This document shows, one piece after another, positions 1-11,750 of a stretch of 64,000 bases of DNA. The stretch is from Camelus dromedarius (lineage: Eukaryota): the NCBI RefSeq assembly GCF_036321535.1, contig NC_087466.1, forward strand, positions 13,578,001 to 13,642,000, read 5' to 3'. Within the stretch, counting starts at the first letter, position 1, and each line of letters opens with the position of its first letter. Both the position numbers and the translations under genes were made by a program. The notes below the pieces were generated by a model, which saw only the letters and a list, made by a program, of their open reading frames with translations, made no database searches and was not told the origin of the DNA.

Positions 1-59
1 GGAAGCCTCTTCACATTGGCCCCTGAATACTTCTGACGTTAAATACTGTTACTTTTCCT

Positions 60-1330
60 GCTATCTGGTTCCAGGTTTCCAAGATGCTTCCACGGTCCTC
101 TTTTACATTTCTTGTTCTGGACCTAGAATCAGCCATTCCTCCAAAACCCCTGGCTTCCTGTAATGGGGGGCAGTATGGAGACTGCAATCTAGGTGCTAGG
201 GATGATCATTTCTACTAGGCTGGTTATTGTTTTTAGACCTTTCCAGTGGGCAGAGACAGTATGCCTGGTGTATAAGTGTGTGTACATACACACACACACA
301 GACCTAAATGTCTAAATTTAAATAATACAAAATATCTCATGAGTTCACACTGACACATCTAATTCCAATTCAGAACTATACAGTTTTTACCTTCTTCTCT
401 TTTATGTCTATATCTTTTTTGTTCCAGGAGAATCCCACTTCTTCAGGATACCAGAGATGAATCAAAATATCACATAGGGGAGGGGGGTACAACTCAGTGG
501 TAGAGTGCCTGCCTAGCATGCATGAGGTCCTGGGTTCAATCCCCAGTATCTCCATCAAAAATAAATAAATAAAACCTAATTACCCCTCAAATAAAATTTT
601 TTTAAAGAATATTACATAATCACTCATTTGCTTTATTCCACATCCTGCTCTCTTTCATACACACACCTCTGCCTCAGAAAAACAAGACCAATATTTTCAT
701 CAATTTGATGATTCCTGAAAACAGCTAAATATTTTGCTCAGGTTCTCCCAGATTCTCTGCTTTTTTGGGGGGGACAGTTGTACTGTATCTACATTGTCAG
801 GGTTCACGGCCATCACATACAATAGAGGAAGAACCCTGTCAACTGTCATTTGGATTTAATCCTACAATACGTATTTAATGCTCACCACTAGTCCTTTTAT
901 CAGTCTCTCTGGTTACTTCAGTTGTTTGAAGCTCATTTCTAGCACATTTCTCAGGAACGGGTCAAAAGTCCCTGAGTTCTTCCAAGTGGGTAAGTTTCTC
1001 CGCAGCCCTTATACCTGGAAGTCAGTTTGGCTGGATATAAAAATCCTTGGCTGACATTTTCCATCTCTGAGTTTCTTAAACATGTTCCTCTTTTTCCCTC
1101 TGGCACAGAGCATTGCTCTTGAAGTCTGACGATATTCTGGTTTTCTCATAAGTCACTTCATCTTTTCTACTTGGACGCACAAAGGACTTTTCTGTTTTTA
1201 AAATCCAGTAGTTTGACTGAAATATGTCTCAGTGCTGGTCATTCTGGGTCAATTTTCTCAGGTGCAGTGTATACCCTTTCAATATGTTGCTTCAAATCTT
1301 TGTGGTACGATGTACTCTTTTTTAAGACCA
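60..1330 (-). mobile_element. Ancient LINE (HAL1/L1M-like) fragments, interrupted by a SINE at 477-605
   Basis: Recalled similarity to old L1/HAL1 consensus segments (agacctagaatcagccatt..., gtttggctggatataaaaatccttggctgacatttt...). Subfamily and ends approximate. Confidence 0.5.
477..605 (+). mobile_element. tRNA-derived SINE, camelid Vic-1 type
   Basis: GGGGAGGG start, A-box-like aactcagtgg, B-box ggttcaatccc, aaataaataa and cctaattacc tail. Imperfect TSD aaaatatcacata (464-476) / agaatattacata (606-618), 11/13 identical. Confidence 0.85.
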
Positions 1331-1974
1331 CAAAGAACACTATAAATGCAAATTGTTTTCAAGTATCCAGATATTGGTGCTTTAGCATCTACAGAACTAC
1401 CATTCCTCCTTCTTACTTTTCCATATCCAAACAACAGCATTTGCCAGGAATGACTCACAGAGAGGATCCGCATGAAAACGAGCACCTCAAAACATTTACA
1501 AATATTCTGTCAAATACTCTGAGAATATTCTGTCATTAAAAAGCAACCGTTTTAGGTTCAAAATAAGTGGCAGGCCAAAGAGCAAAATATTTATGATAAT
1601 TATGTCTAAAAAGACATACATTTTTACTGGTTGTCCATATTTAGTCTTTTTTGGCCAATCTGGTAAGTACAAAAGCAACATTTCAATGAAGAGTGCATTT
1701 AAAGCTTTTTTTACTTGACTGCCAGCCACTTAAGAGTTGCTCCTCTGGGACTGTCATCCTCCTGTACTCTGTACAGTTTTCAATTTCTTCTTGGAAATTT
1801 TAAGGATTCTATTGACTTTGTTAGTGTCTTTGGTCATACAAGTCCTTTTTTATTGCAAAATCATTTGTCTTTACTTTTGTATCGCCTCTGCATCATCAGT
1901 CTTAGTTAAGGAGGCATCCCTAGGCTGTACATGAAGTCTCCTATTTTCCTGAAGCATTTTCATTGTGATAATCT

Positions 1975-2475
1975 TAAAATTCAGGTTGTTTAATCTCTTG
2001 GAATTTAATTTCTGCATATGATGCAAGTTTTATTCTTTTCAGTTATGTGCAATACCATTCATTAAGGAATTCATCTTTTCCTCTCTGAGTTTAAATATAT
2101 TAAATTATCCTTTATGCTAGGACATGTTTTTTAATTATCCTTACCACTGACATAGCAATTTTTATTTAAATACTATATTGCTTTGATATCAGGTAGCTTT
2201 ATTATATGTTCTAATAGCTAGTGATGCAAGTTTCCCATTGTAATTATTTTTAAATTGTTTTCTCTGGCTCTTCTTGTGAATTTACTCTTCTGTATATATT
2301 TTAAAACAATACTATCCATTTAAAACACACAAAGCTCTCCCCTCCCAAAACTCTTGTTGGATCCTAATTGGAATGGCACTAAGTTTATGTATTAATTTTG
2401 GAAGAACTGACATTTTTGTGATGGCAAGTCTTCTTATTCAAGGACACGCCATCTCTGAAGTTTTTCAAATAACAT
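1975..2475 (-). mobile_element. L1ME-like ORF2/3' fragment
   Basis: Typical antisense old-L1 motifs (attggaatggcactaagtttatgtattaattttggaagaactgacatttt). Confidence 0.55.
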
Positions 2476-2479
2476 TCTG

Positions 2480-2760
2480 TAGTCTGACCTCGGCAACCCA
2501 TTCCCAGAAATCCATTCCTTAGACATGAAAGCACTAGAAACATCACCTTCCACATAACACAAAATGAAGGAAGTGGTTACCCATCAATAGGGGGATAGTT
2601 AAATAAATCATGGCGTATACTACGAATCAGTACGCAGCTATAAACAAACGTGAATTGGATTTTTACCAGTTGATTACGATAGATTTCCACAACGTTGAAT
2701 GAGGAAAACAAAGATATAGAAAAGTACCTATTATAGGATCACAATTTTGTAACGCTCCCC
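2480..2760 (+). mobile_element. L1ME-like 3' end fragment
   Basis: ccatcaatagggggatagttaaataaatcatggcgtatac...gcagctataaa resembles old L1 3' UTRs. Confidence 0.5.
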
Positions 2761-3971
2761 CTCCACCCCCATATATATCATATTAGCATGGAAACATACA
2801 ACCTAGGTTGTCATCATAAATTACAGGAGCAGGGGCAGGGAAGGCCAGTGCAAATGGGGGGAGAAGGGAGGAAGAGAAAAAGAACATGAATGAGAAAAAT
2901 ACAAAGTCTGCACTAAACATCAAACCAAATCCATAACCAATAAACCCAGTGTGTATGATACGTTTATGTATTTAAAAGTCTATGTGTACCTACGTTAAAA
3001 AAAACACAGGTCGACTTTTATTTTTAAGGCTGCACAATACTGACTATTAGATCACACTTCAATTCATTTATAGATAAACCAAAATAGAAACGGAAAAATG
3101 ACCTCTGCATCAGAACTCATCCAAGGCCTAGAATAGTGTCACATCTTACCTCCCCCCACAGTTGTTCCACTGATAGACATTTCTCTCTCCTAAACCTCCT
3201 TAAAAACAACAAGAAAAATGTCTTACGTCTTGTTTGTGAGACATTTCACAATGAGCTCCCTTAAGGAAAATGTTAAAACTAACATTCTTATCTTCCATCA
3301 CTAGTAAAGTTCCCAGCATTTTTAGAGCAGAAAATCTTTTCGTAGGTAAGTTAGGCTCGAAGCCAAGTCCTCTTTCAGGTAAACTGGAAATTAAGCTTCA
3401 CAGCAGAAAATATGAAGCACAAAAAAAATTTAAGCAACAACCAAGAAATAATGGATTCTTCTTGATTGGGAGAGATAAAAGAAAGGTTCATCCAAATGTG
3501 TATAATATTAATGGTCAAAGTAAGATTATTTCTTACCAAAATTCAGGAATTATATAAAAAAAAATCATCCATTAAATTAAGACATGGCCCAGAAATTTTT
3601 TTTTTTAATTCAATTCAGGACAGGCCAATCTGGCAGTGGTAGGTGAAGTGACAAGAAAGGATAATTTGTATTACCCAAATGAAATAACAGATACAAGTGC
3701 CCAGAGCACAGTATTTGACCCATAGGAAGACTAAATACTAATTCTCCAGAAGAATTTTTGCACCATTTCTTTATCAACTGTCTTGGTGTATTTATCTTAT
3801 ATACACAGAATTTTTCAAAAATACAACTACAGCAAAATGAATGTATCATGAAAATGTCTGGAAACACACATCCCATAGTTCAGCCACGTACAAAATTACA
3901 GCAATTAATTCTGGGGTTATTATTAAAACCAACCAACCAACCAACAAATCCTTGCTAAAATGACGACTTAC

Positions 3972-4066
3972 CTTCCTTCCATGTTAAGGATACACACCAG
4001 TTCATCCTCGAAAAATATCTCTGGTCCCTCAAGATTCTCAATGTCACTAAAACCATTACAGGGGAC
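3972..4066 (-). CDS. FBXO21: F-box only protein 21, exon 3 (95 nt): VPCNGFSDIENLEGPEIFFEDELVCILNMEG(R)
   Basis: Translation matches recalled FBXO21 residues 126-157. Acceptor AG at 4067-4068, donor GTAAG ending at 3971. Confidence 0.95.
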
Positions 4067-5255
4067 CTACGAAGAAGACACATACAAACAGGCCTCAGTA
4101 ACGAGCAATGGTGTCATCGTCACTCTCACGCACAAACCTGAGTTGCAAACAAAGCTGCTCATTTTTGTGGAAATGGTAACACCTATCCCACACCAACTCG
4201 CACCACCGACCATGGGTGGAAAACTAATACACGAAGTGACAATGATTTCTTCAGATCATGTTGTTAGTTGTGAATTAAATATATTTTCATAGACTGGGAT
4301 TTCTGAAAGCAATAACTTTAAGAGTTCTAATGTGAAGAAAAATAGCTCTGAAACAAGGACCAGAAATACAAGATGGTCACAATTCACAATAACGACTCCA
4401 TACAGTCTGTGCTGCACTCGACTAGGCGCAGAGGCCCGGAGAGAGAGGTCCGGTGCTTGACGGGATCCCTCAGCCCATTGGGCGTGTTTTCTCCTCTGTA
4501 AACTGAGGTGGTGGTACAATGAGAAGTAAGATCCCCTCAGTTTAAAATTCTATTACTCCTCCCACTTTTCTTTTTAAAGTAGCCAGGAAATTTCATGTCA
4601 ATCTGTGTGCATGCTGAGAACACAGGAATACAAGGGTCCTGAGCCAAAGAAATCATTCACTCACAGATCAGTCTCAAGTATATTCCTATTATGTTCAAAG
4701 TCCTTGGCATACTTCTAATTAAGCAGAGGTACAGGGAAAGACGGAGCGGAGGGAAAAACACAACAATTCATTATTATTAGACAAAGGCACAGGCTATTAA
4801 AAACACACACAAAACCAGCTGGACTATAAGTAGAGATTGCAAACTAGTAACCCATGTCCAAGTGCATCCAACATATCTAGCACCCAAATATATGGGTATG
4901 CAAACACGTTTAAACCAGTACTGAAAATCTGTGATTATGAATGCTCTTAGCCAGGGCATGGCTTATCCAAGGTAGGACACAAACTTTGTCCATTTGAACA
5001 TTAACATTTATTTAGAAATGAATTACACTAGGGAATATCAAGTTTTATTCTCTATAAGGGAATAAGTTCAAATTTGTTCAAAGTTCAAATTTTCCCTTTC
5101 TAAACTTGAAAAGTCTTGAAAACATTTCAATTGTGCGAACTCCCTTAACTAACAGTAATTAAAATTAGAAAATGGGAATTAATCTCCATGAAATCAGATA
5201 GTAAAATAAATCAACCTGGCTCCATTTCTAGACCTCGAATCAGAAATAAACTTAA

Positions 5256-5420
5256 GGGGGAGGGCATAGTTCAAGGGGTAGAGTTCACGCTTAGCATGGA
5301 TGGGGTCCTGGGTTCAATCCCAGTATCTCCTCTAAAAATAAATAAATAAACAAACCTAATTACCTTCTCCCCTCAACAAAAAACAAAATAATTTTTAAAA
5401 AATTAAAGAAATTTAAAAAA
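5256..5420 (+). mobile_element. tRNA-derived SINE, camelid Vic-1 type
   Basis: Same family as 477-605. Perfect 14-bp TSD agaaataaacttaa at 5242-5255 and 5421-5434. Confidence 0.9.
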
Positions 5421-6146
5421 AGAAATAAACTTAAAATATTAGTGGGACTATTTTCCACACTAAGAAAGATTTACAAAAACTTAAGAATCTGGACCTCACA
5501 CAGAAACTTCTGTGAGAGACACTTTGTGGAAAGGAAACAGACAAACACACACATTTCAGCAGTATTTAAAAAAGGAAAAAAAAAAACTTTTCAGGGATAA
5601 TGAACACAAGACAATGTAATTGAAGGAGTAATAATTCTGATGTACAGACAGCTTTTAATCCTGTTACCTTAACAAATAATGCACTTCACTACTGGTTAGA
5701 ACCTGCAAAGCCAAAGAGAGGAAGCATATTAATTTTGTCAACCCTTCTGGGAAAAGAACTGGGTGAAATTTGCAGCGTTCCATCACTGATGATTCCCCCC
5801 CCCCCCCACTCCATCATGTGGAGGCTGCAAAAAATGTTTAACCCACTTAAAGAGAAATAATGCTGGTCTCGATTCCCTGCACATTGTGCTGTGGGTCCCT
5901 CCCTCTCCCTCCCCCTTTCCTCTCTCTGGCTTTAGAAAAAGTAAAGCTGGCAGGGACAAATGGCTTCATGTTGTTGGATAAGAGGAAAAGGACACAATGA
6001 CTCTTGCAGCCATCTAAGTGAGTAAGGGATTGTGAGAGCATTGAAAAGGGAGACAGCAGAAAGAGCTGGATGAGCTCATGCCTAGAGACCCAGACACATA
6101 CACCACTACCAGGCAAACGCTTAGAGCTCCACCAACAGATCCTTAC

Positions 6147-6282
6147 GTGTTCTGAAAAGAACCTCTTTGAGAATGAGGCNNNNNNNNNNNNNNNNNNNNN
6201 NNNNNNNNNNNNNNNNNNNNNNNNNNNNNNNNNNNNNNNNNNNNNNNNNNNNNNNNNNNNNNNNNNNNNNNNNNNNNNNNNN
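6147..6282 (-). CDS. FBXO21: FBXO21 exon 2; only 6147-6179 visible (ASFSKRFFSEH), 5' part inside an N-block
   Basis: Visible codons match FBXO21 residues 115-125, followed by donor GTAAG. The 6282 boundary is inferred from a 136-nt orthologous exon and is not seen. Confidence 0.85.
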
Positions 6283-6889
6283 NNNNNNNNNNNNNNNNNN
6301 NNNNNNNNNNNNNNNNNNNNNNNNNNNGACAGACACGAATCAAAGGCAGCCTTGGAAAACTAGGAAAGCAGTTGCGTTCAGTGGTCAGCGGTCCTGGCGA
6401 TGGACCTAGTTCAAATCTCCACCCGGCACGCAGGCACTCGCTCCCGGTGTGACCTTGGCGTAGCAACATGAATACTGTGTTTCCACTCCCCATTTATAAA
6501 ATGGGGCCAGTTGTAGCAACAACAGTCACAGTGATGACAATCACAGTGAACATTAATTGTGCGCCTCCTAACAGCGGGGCCCTGAGAACTGCTCCCTACA
6601 CATCATCTCATCTAATAATCGCAGTAAAAGGTAGGTCTAATTCTAATCATCACCGCTTAAAGTCGATGAATGAGGCTAAAAAAGGGAAGTCGCTACCCCC
6701 AAGGTCATATGGCGAGTACGCCAGGACCAGATTTTATCCCGAGTCCCACACCGAAATCTGTGCTCTCAGCCTACAGCCAGGGGATGGTGCGCCCGCTTCC
6801 TCAAAGGGCTGTTAGGATCACTGCATCACCGGGTCGGTGTAAACATTTTAGCACAGAGTCGGGCACAAAAGAAGCGCGCAGAATGCATC

Positions 6890-7620
6890 AGCCGTGATAC
6901 TACGGTCGTCATCCTTTATGGAAGGCCTGGCTGCCCGCCGCTTCCCGATGCGCAATTTGGGCACCGGCGGGTCCGCGCGGCGTGGACCGAGGGGCCGGCG
7001 GCCTGGAGGCCTTTGTCTGTCTGTCCGCGGGAAGGGTCCGGGGGTGGGACCCGGGGGTGGGCTCCGCCCGCGGGGAGGGAGGCAGCGGCTCAGGGCGGCC
7101 GGGCCGGGGACCCGGGGGGCGCAGAGCGGGGGCGCGGNNNNNNNNNNNNNNNNNNNNNNNNNNNNNNNNNNNNNNNNNNNNNNNNNNNNNNNNNNNNNNN
7201 NNNNNNNNNNNNNNNNNNNNNNNNNNNNNNNNNNNNNNNNNNNNNNNNNNNNNNNNNNNNNNNNNNNNNNNNNNNNNTGTACTCCAGCACCTCGCCGGGT
7301 AGGTTAACGAGGCAGCTGAGGCCGGTCGCCTCGGGCGCGGCCTCCTCCGCCTGCGCCGGCACCACCTCCATCGCGCTGTCGACCGCTGCTGCCGCCATCT
7401 TGTCCGCGTACCTGAGGCCGCCGCGCGCGCGCGCGCGCCAGGGAACCACTTCGCCCCGCCCACCCGCCTCGAGGGGCGGGCGCCAGGGTCGCCCCGCCCA
7501 CGCCCATGACCACACCTCCCCGCTCCCAGCTGCTCCCGATGGCTGCGCCGCCGCGGCCAAGGGAAAGAAATGCGGTTTGGAAAACAAATGCTCGGTGGGC
7601 CCCGGAGCTGTGAATGGACA
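6890..7620. promoter_or_regulatory. FBXO21: CpG island / TATA-less promoter of FBXO21
   Basis: Very GC- and CpG-rich. GC boxes at 7454-7461, 7473-7480 and 7492-7499, and an alternating (CG)n run at 7422-7438 just upstream of the ATG. Confidence 0.85.
7160..7398 (-). CDS. FBXO21: FBXO21 exon 1 CDS; 7278-7398 visible: MAAAAVDSAMEVVPAQAEEAAPEATGLSCLVNLPGEVLEY
   Basis: ATG at 7398-7396 in strong Kozak context (AAGATGG). Matches the FBXO21 N-terminus and start of the F-box (LVNLPGEVLEY). The 7160 end is inferred (239-nt CDS part) and lies in an N-block. Confidence 0.92.
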
Positions 7621-7679
7621 ATAATAGTAGTATCCATCTTTTTTCTGTATGCTGAATGCTTCCTGTGCATGAGCTCATC

Positions 7680-8020
7680 AGACCTTCCCAATAACCCTAT
7701 GAACTGTTATTCTCCCCAAGTTACAGATGGGGTAACTGAGGTTCAGGGAGATGAGTGGACATGTTGAGAGTCCCTTGTCCTAGATTCTAATCCAGATCGG
7801 CTTGACTTCTGCTGCACTGTGCTCTGAACCGGTATGCTGTAATATTACCAAACTTAATATACTTGTGTTGGTGTTGTGCCAAGCACTTTACATATGTTCT
7901 TCAAGGACTCCTCATTTGAGCTTTCTATGTTAGGTGCTATATTTATACTCATTCTACAGATAAGGACAACAAGGCTCAGAAAGGTGGGAGTCATTGGTTC
8001 AAAGTCAGAGACAAAAAGTA
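7680..8020 (-). mobile_element. MIR fragments
   Basis: Reverse-complement MIR core (ttacagatggggtaactgagg; ctacagataaggacaacaaggctcagaaagg). Confidence 0.55.
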
Positions 8021-8359
8021 ACAGAGCCTGGACAGAATCCTCCAAACAGGAGTTCCCACTCAACTGTGGGTGGGCATGCTCTTTCTCCTGTGCCTGCACC
8101 TACTAATTTTTTTTTAACTCAGTTTAGTGTCAAGCTTTGCACTGTGTGCTTTGAGGATATAGAGGTGAATAAGACAGTGTCCTTGCCTCTTTGGAGCTCA
8201 AAGTCCAATGGGGGTGGGGGTGGGGAGACATAGAGTTACAAAATAATCTGTTGTCAGTCCATGGAGGCTCAATATAGTATTCTCCCCCAACCTGGGAATC
8301 AGAATGCTCAGAGTTGAACTAGTCAAGTTATTCTTAATGGATGATGTTAAGCCATCCAT

Positions 8360-8830
8360 GGCTCCCTATTGCCCTTAGAAATAAATCTGAAATCCCTAAC
8401 ATTGTTGCAAAGGGACAGATCTCTGTTTACCTCTCCTTGCTTATCTGAAGCCATTCTTTCCCTCACAAGCCTCCCTGTAACCAAGCTGGTCTCTTTCCTC
8501 CCACTTCTGGCCTTCATATGTATGCTATTCCCACTGTCTGGAATGTGCTTTGCACCAGCACATCCTCCTCCTTGCTCCTCCTCCCCTTCCTTCAGGCCTT
8601 AGCTTAACCTCTCCAGATGCCCTGCCTTCCCCCACCCCAGCCCCAGTCCCAGATATAACTCCTTCCCAGCATTTTATAGTCTTGCAATTAGTTACTTAAA
8701 GACCATTCAGTCTTTCCTGCTGGATCAGAAACAACTTCAGGATCATGACTGTCTTTGATTCACCTATGCATGCCCAGTTACTTGACCCAGGCCCTCCAGA
8801 GAAGCAGCTTCTCAGTAATTATCTGTTGAT
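8360..8830 (+). mobile_element. L2 3' fragment
   Basis: Pyrimidine-rich L2-like sequence (catggctccctattgccctta...; tattcccactgtctggaatgtgc). Confidence 0.45.
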
Positions 8831-8839
8831 CGCAACTGT

Positions 8840-9010
8840 CTAACCGTTTAGCTAGAGCAAGTGACTTAGCCTTTCTGATAGCCAGTTTCTCATCCATAAA
8901 ATGGGGGTAATAAGAATGCCGGCCTCCTGGGACTGTTGCGAGAATTAAATGAGTACATTATGTAAAGTGGATGGAACAGTACCTGACCCAGAGAAAGTGC
9001 TTGATAAAAG
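8840..9010 (+). mobile_element. MIR
   Basis: cagtttctcatccataaaatgggggtaataa...gagaattaaatgag MIR core. Confidence 0.6.
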
Positions 9011-9019
9011 ATGTGTTAT

Positions 9020-9190
9020 GGGGGAACAGGGAGAAACTGTTTAACGGGTACAGGTTTTATTTTGGAGTAATGGAAATGTTTTTTTGCAAATAGAGGTAGT
9101 GCTTGCGTAACATTGTGAGTGTACTAGATACCGCTGAATCATTCACTTTAAAATGTTTCTTTATGTTATGTGAATTTCACCTCCATGTTT
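9020..9190 (+). mobile_element. L1MB/MC-type 3' end
   Basis: actgtttaacgggtacaggttt...tggaaatgttt...ttatgttatgtgaatttcacctc. Confidence 0.6.
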
Positions 9191-9199
9191 TTTGTTTGG

Positions 9200-9560
9200 A
9201 AAGTGTGGTACTGCTNNNNNNNNNNNNNNNNNNNNNNNNNNNNNNNNNNNNNNNNNNNNNNNNNNNNNNNNNNNNNNNNNNNNNNNNNNNNNNNNNNNNN
9301 NNNNNNNNNNNNNNNNNNNNNNNNNNNNNNNNNNNNNNNNNNNNNNNNNNNCTCCCCTTAGCTTATAAGTGGCTGTCTTCTCCCTGTGTCTTCACATGGT
9401 CTTCCTTCTGGGTGTGTGTCCTAATCTCTTTTTTATAAGGACAACAGTTATACTGGATTCAGATGCTCACTAATGACCTCATTTTACCTTAATTACCTCT
9501 TTAAAGACCCTATTTCCAAAGACAGTCACATCTGAGGTCCCGAGGGTCAGGGTTTCAAGG
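9200..9560 (-). mobile_element. MaLR LTR (MLT1-type), partly N-masked
   Basis: taatgacctcattttaccttaattacctctttaaagaccctatttccaaagacagtcacatctgagg is the reverse complement of the MLT1 consensus. Confidence 0.7.
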
Positions 9561-10299
9561 GGATACAGCTTCCGCTGCTTCTGCTACTGCTGTCATTAAA
9601 ACAGAAAGGGTCAGAGTAGCCCCTGGCATCTGGCAGCTCTGGGATAGAGTCTGGAACTTCCTGCCTCTAAATTCAGTGGAATTTTCCTCGCTTTGTTTCC
9701 ACCTTCCCTCCAGCAGCAGCAGATACTGGAACGGCGATTCAAACCCAGTTTAAATGTTCACAGTCCTCTCTTCAGCCCAGCCCACTCCTCTGAGATCGAG
9801 ACTCACTTAACCAGCTGCTCATCTGACATTCCTTTTTGGGCACCTGAAACTCATCTTATCCGGGAGGAACATCATAACCCACCCCTGACTCCCACCCCAC
9901 CACGATCTACCTTGTCCTCTCTCAGTGGTTCCTGCTTGGAAAGAGCTGCCCATCCCTCCGTTCCTGCAAAACTGGAACTTGTTGCCAACCTTGCCATCTC
10001 GCTCTCCCTCCCCATCTGTATCCAAATGCCCAAAAAAGGATACCATCTCCATGCCTCGGTTCCCTCATCCCTCATAAAGTGGGGATAATGATAGATCTTC
10101 CTATTAGGTGAAACAGTTCATATGTATCAGTTCCTATTGCTGCATAACAACTAAACCCCAAACCTAGCAGCTGACAACCACTTTGTTTTTGTGCCCTTGA
10201 TTTTGTAGGCCAGGGAATGGGGAAGGGCTCAGCTGGGCAGCTGGGAACTGGAATCAGGTGGTGGCTCCAAATTCTGTGCTTTCAACTCCTGCACACACT

Positions 10300-11228
10300 A
10301 ACCTCTGTTAGATCCCATGGGGCCTGGAGAGAGGGTTGGGCTTTTATCTTAAAGTGTGTTGGAACGCATTCTTTGTGATCAGATGCTTAACCAACAGAGG
10401 TTAAGTTCTCTGTACATCAGTTTCTTCAAAGAAACTTTTTTGAGGGGAACAGGGAAGCAATTTTCTTTTCTAAAACATTGATTCTAATCTCTCTCAAATC
10501 TGTCTCTTCTCTGTCTCCTCAGCCGCTGTCGCAGTCTGTGTGCCCACTGTGGCTCTTAACAGTTCAGCCCTGGCCCCAAGAATGTGAATATCAGCCTTGA
10601 TGACATTCAGACCTTGGTAAAGTTTCCAGCCAATTAGGTAGAATGAGACCCCACAACTGTACAGGTGATTGGTAAGCTGTTCTTACGAATGGAGAAAAAT
10701 TTAAATCACCTGCCAGTCCAGAAAATCCTCTCTACCACTCTAGGAAAGAAGAACAGTTTTGTTGAACAAACATTAAAGCAGATAGCGATGCACATCACAG
10801 ATAACCTGCTAATGAGATTAGGAGCGAAATCCCCCCCTTCTGCATACAGCCAAACGTGGCATTACGTGCATGCTCCCCAGATTAATGGTGGCTTGTAAGT
10901 TACCATCCACTTAACAGGTAAGAGGATCTGATTACACCTTTCCTAGGTCATTCTTTCCCAGTTCATCCTAAGGTCACCTGGCAAGGGGGGTACGCACTGT
11001 GCTACCTAACTGCCCTCATCTCAAAGAATAATAAAAATTCTCATTTATGTGATAAGCTGGTGGTTACAGCCTGAAACCAAGTGTGAAAACTCCCACGTCA
11101 CAGGGAGATAAGGACACCGTTTTCCTTGATATTTACATTTTAAAGAGATGGTTCAAAGGCCCTTAAGAAAAATATTCCTGGGCTGTAAAATGGGCAAGAG
11201 GCTTAGGGAGACTTTAAAAAGATTTGCA
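10300..11228. mobile_element. ERV1 (MER4-group, MER34/39-like) LTR sequence
   Basis: ttccttgatatttacattttaaagagatggttc...attcctgggctgtaaaatgggcaagagg resembles MER39/34. Limits uncertain. Confidence 0.4.
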
Positions 11229-11595
11229 AAATGTGGCGCAGACATACAACGGAGTAGTATTCAGCCAGAAAAAAGGAGTGAAGCACTGACACAGGCTACA
11301 GCATGGATGAGCCCCGACGACAGGGTGCTCAGTGAAAGAAGCCCAACAAAAAAGGACACATATTGTATGATCCCACTCCTGTGAAACATGTGGAATGTGC
11401 AAATTCATAGAGACAGAATGTAGATTAGAGGTTCCTGGGGGCTGGGAGCGGGGAGGGAATGGGAGGTTATTGTTGGATGGGTACAGAGGTTCTGCTTAGG
11501 GTGATGGAAAAGTTCTGGAAAGAGATCGTGGTAACAGTTACACAACATAATGATGCCCTGAATGCTACTGAATTGTATACTTAAAAATAGTTAAA
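11228..11595 (+). mobile_element. L1MB-type 3' end
   Basis: aaatgtgg...gtgaaagaagcc...cacatattgtatgatccc...agacagaatgtagattagagg...gatggaaaagttctgga...tacttaaaaatagttaaa. Confidence 0.7.
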
Positions 11596-11599
11596 TCTG

Positions 11600-11750
11600 G
11601 AAAAGAATATGAAAATGAATATACATATGTATACGTATGACTAAAGCATTATGCTGTACACCAGAAATTGACACAACATTGTAAACTGATTATACTTTTT
11701 TTGACATAAAAATTTTTTTTATAAACTGACTATACTTCAATAAAAAACAA
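11600..11750 (+). mobile_element. Young cetartiodactyl L1 3' tail
   Basis: tatgctgtacaccagaaattgacacaacattgtaaactga...tatacttcaataaaaaa. Confidence 0.65.

Noticed and set aside
477-560. tRNA-like A and B boxes (also at 5256 and 29847)
   Set aside because: No complete cloverleaf. They run into A-rich tails and have TSDs, so they are SINEs rather than tRNA genes.
7399-7587. Apparent 63-aa N-terminal extension of FBXO21 in the ORF track (7090..7587)
   Set aside because: It starts at TTG in the promoter region. The true ATG at 7398 has a strong Kozak context and matches the known N-terminus.
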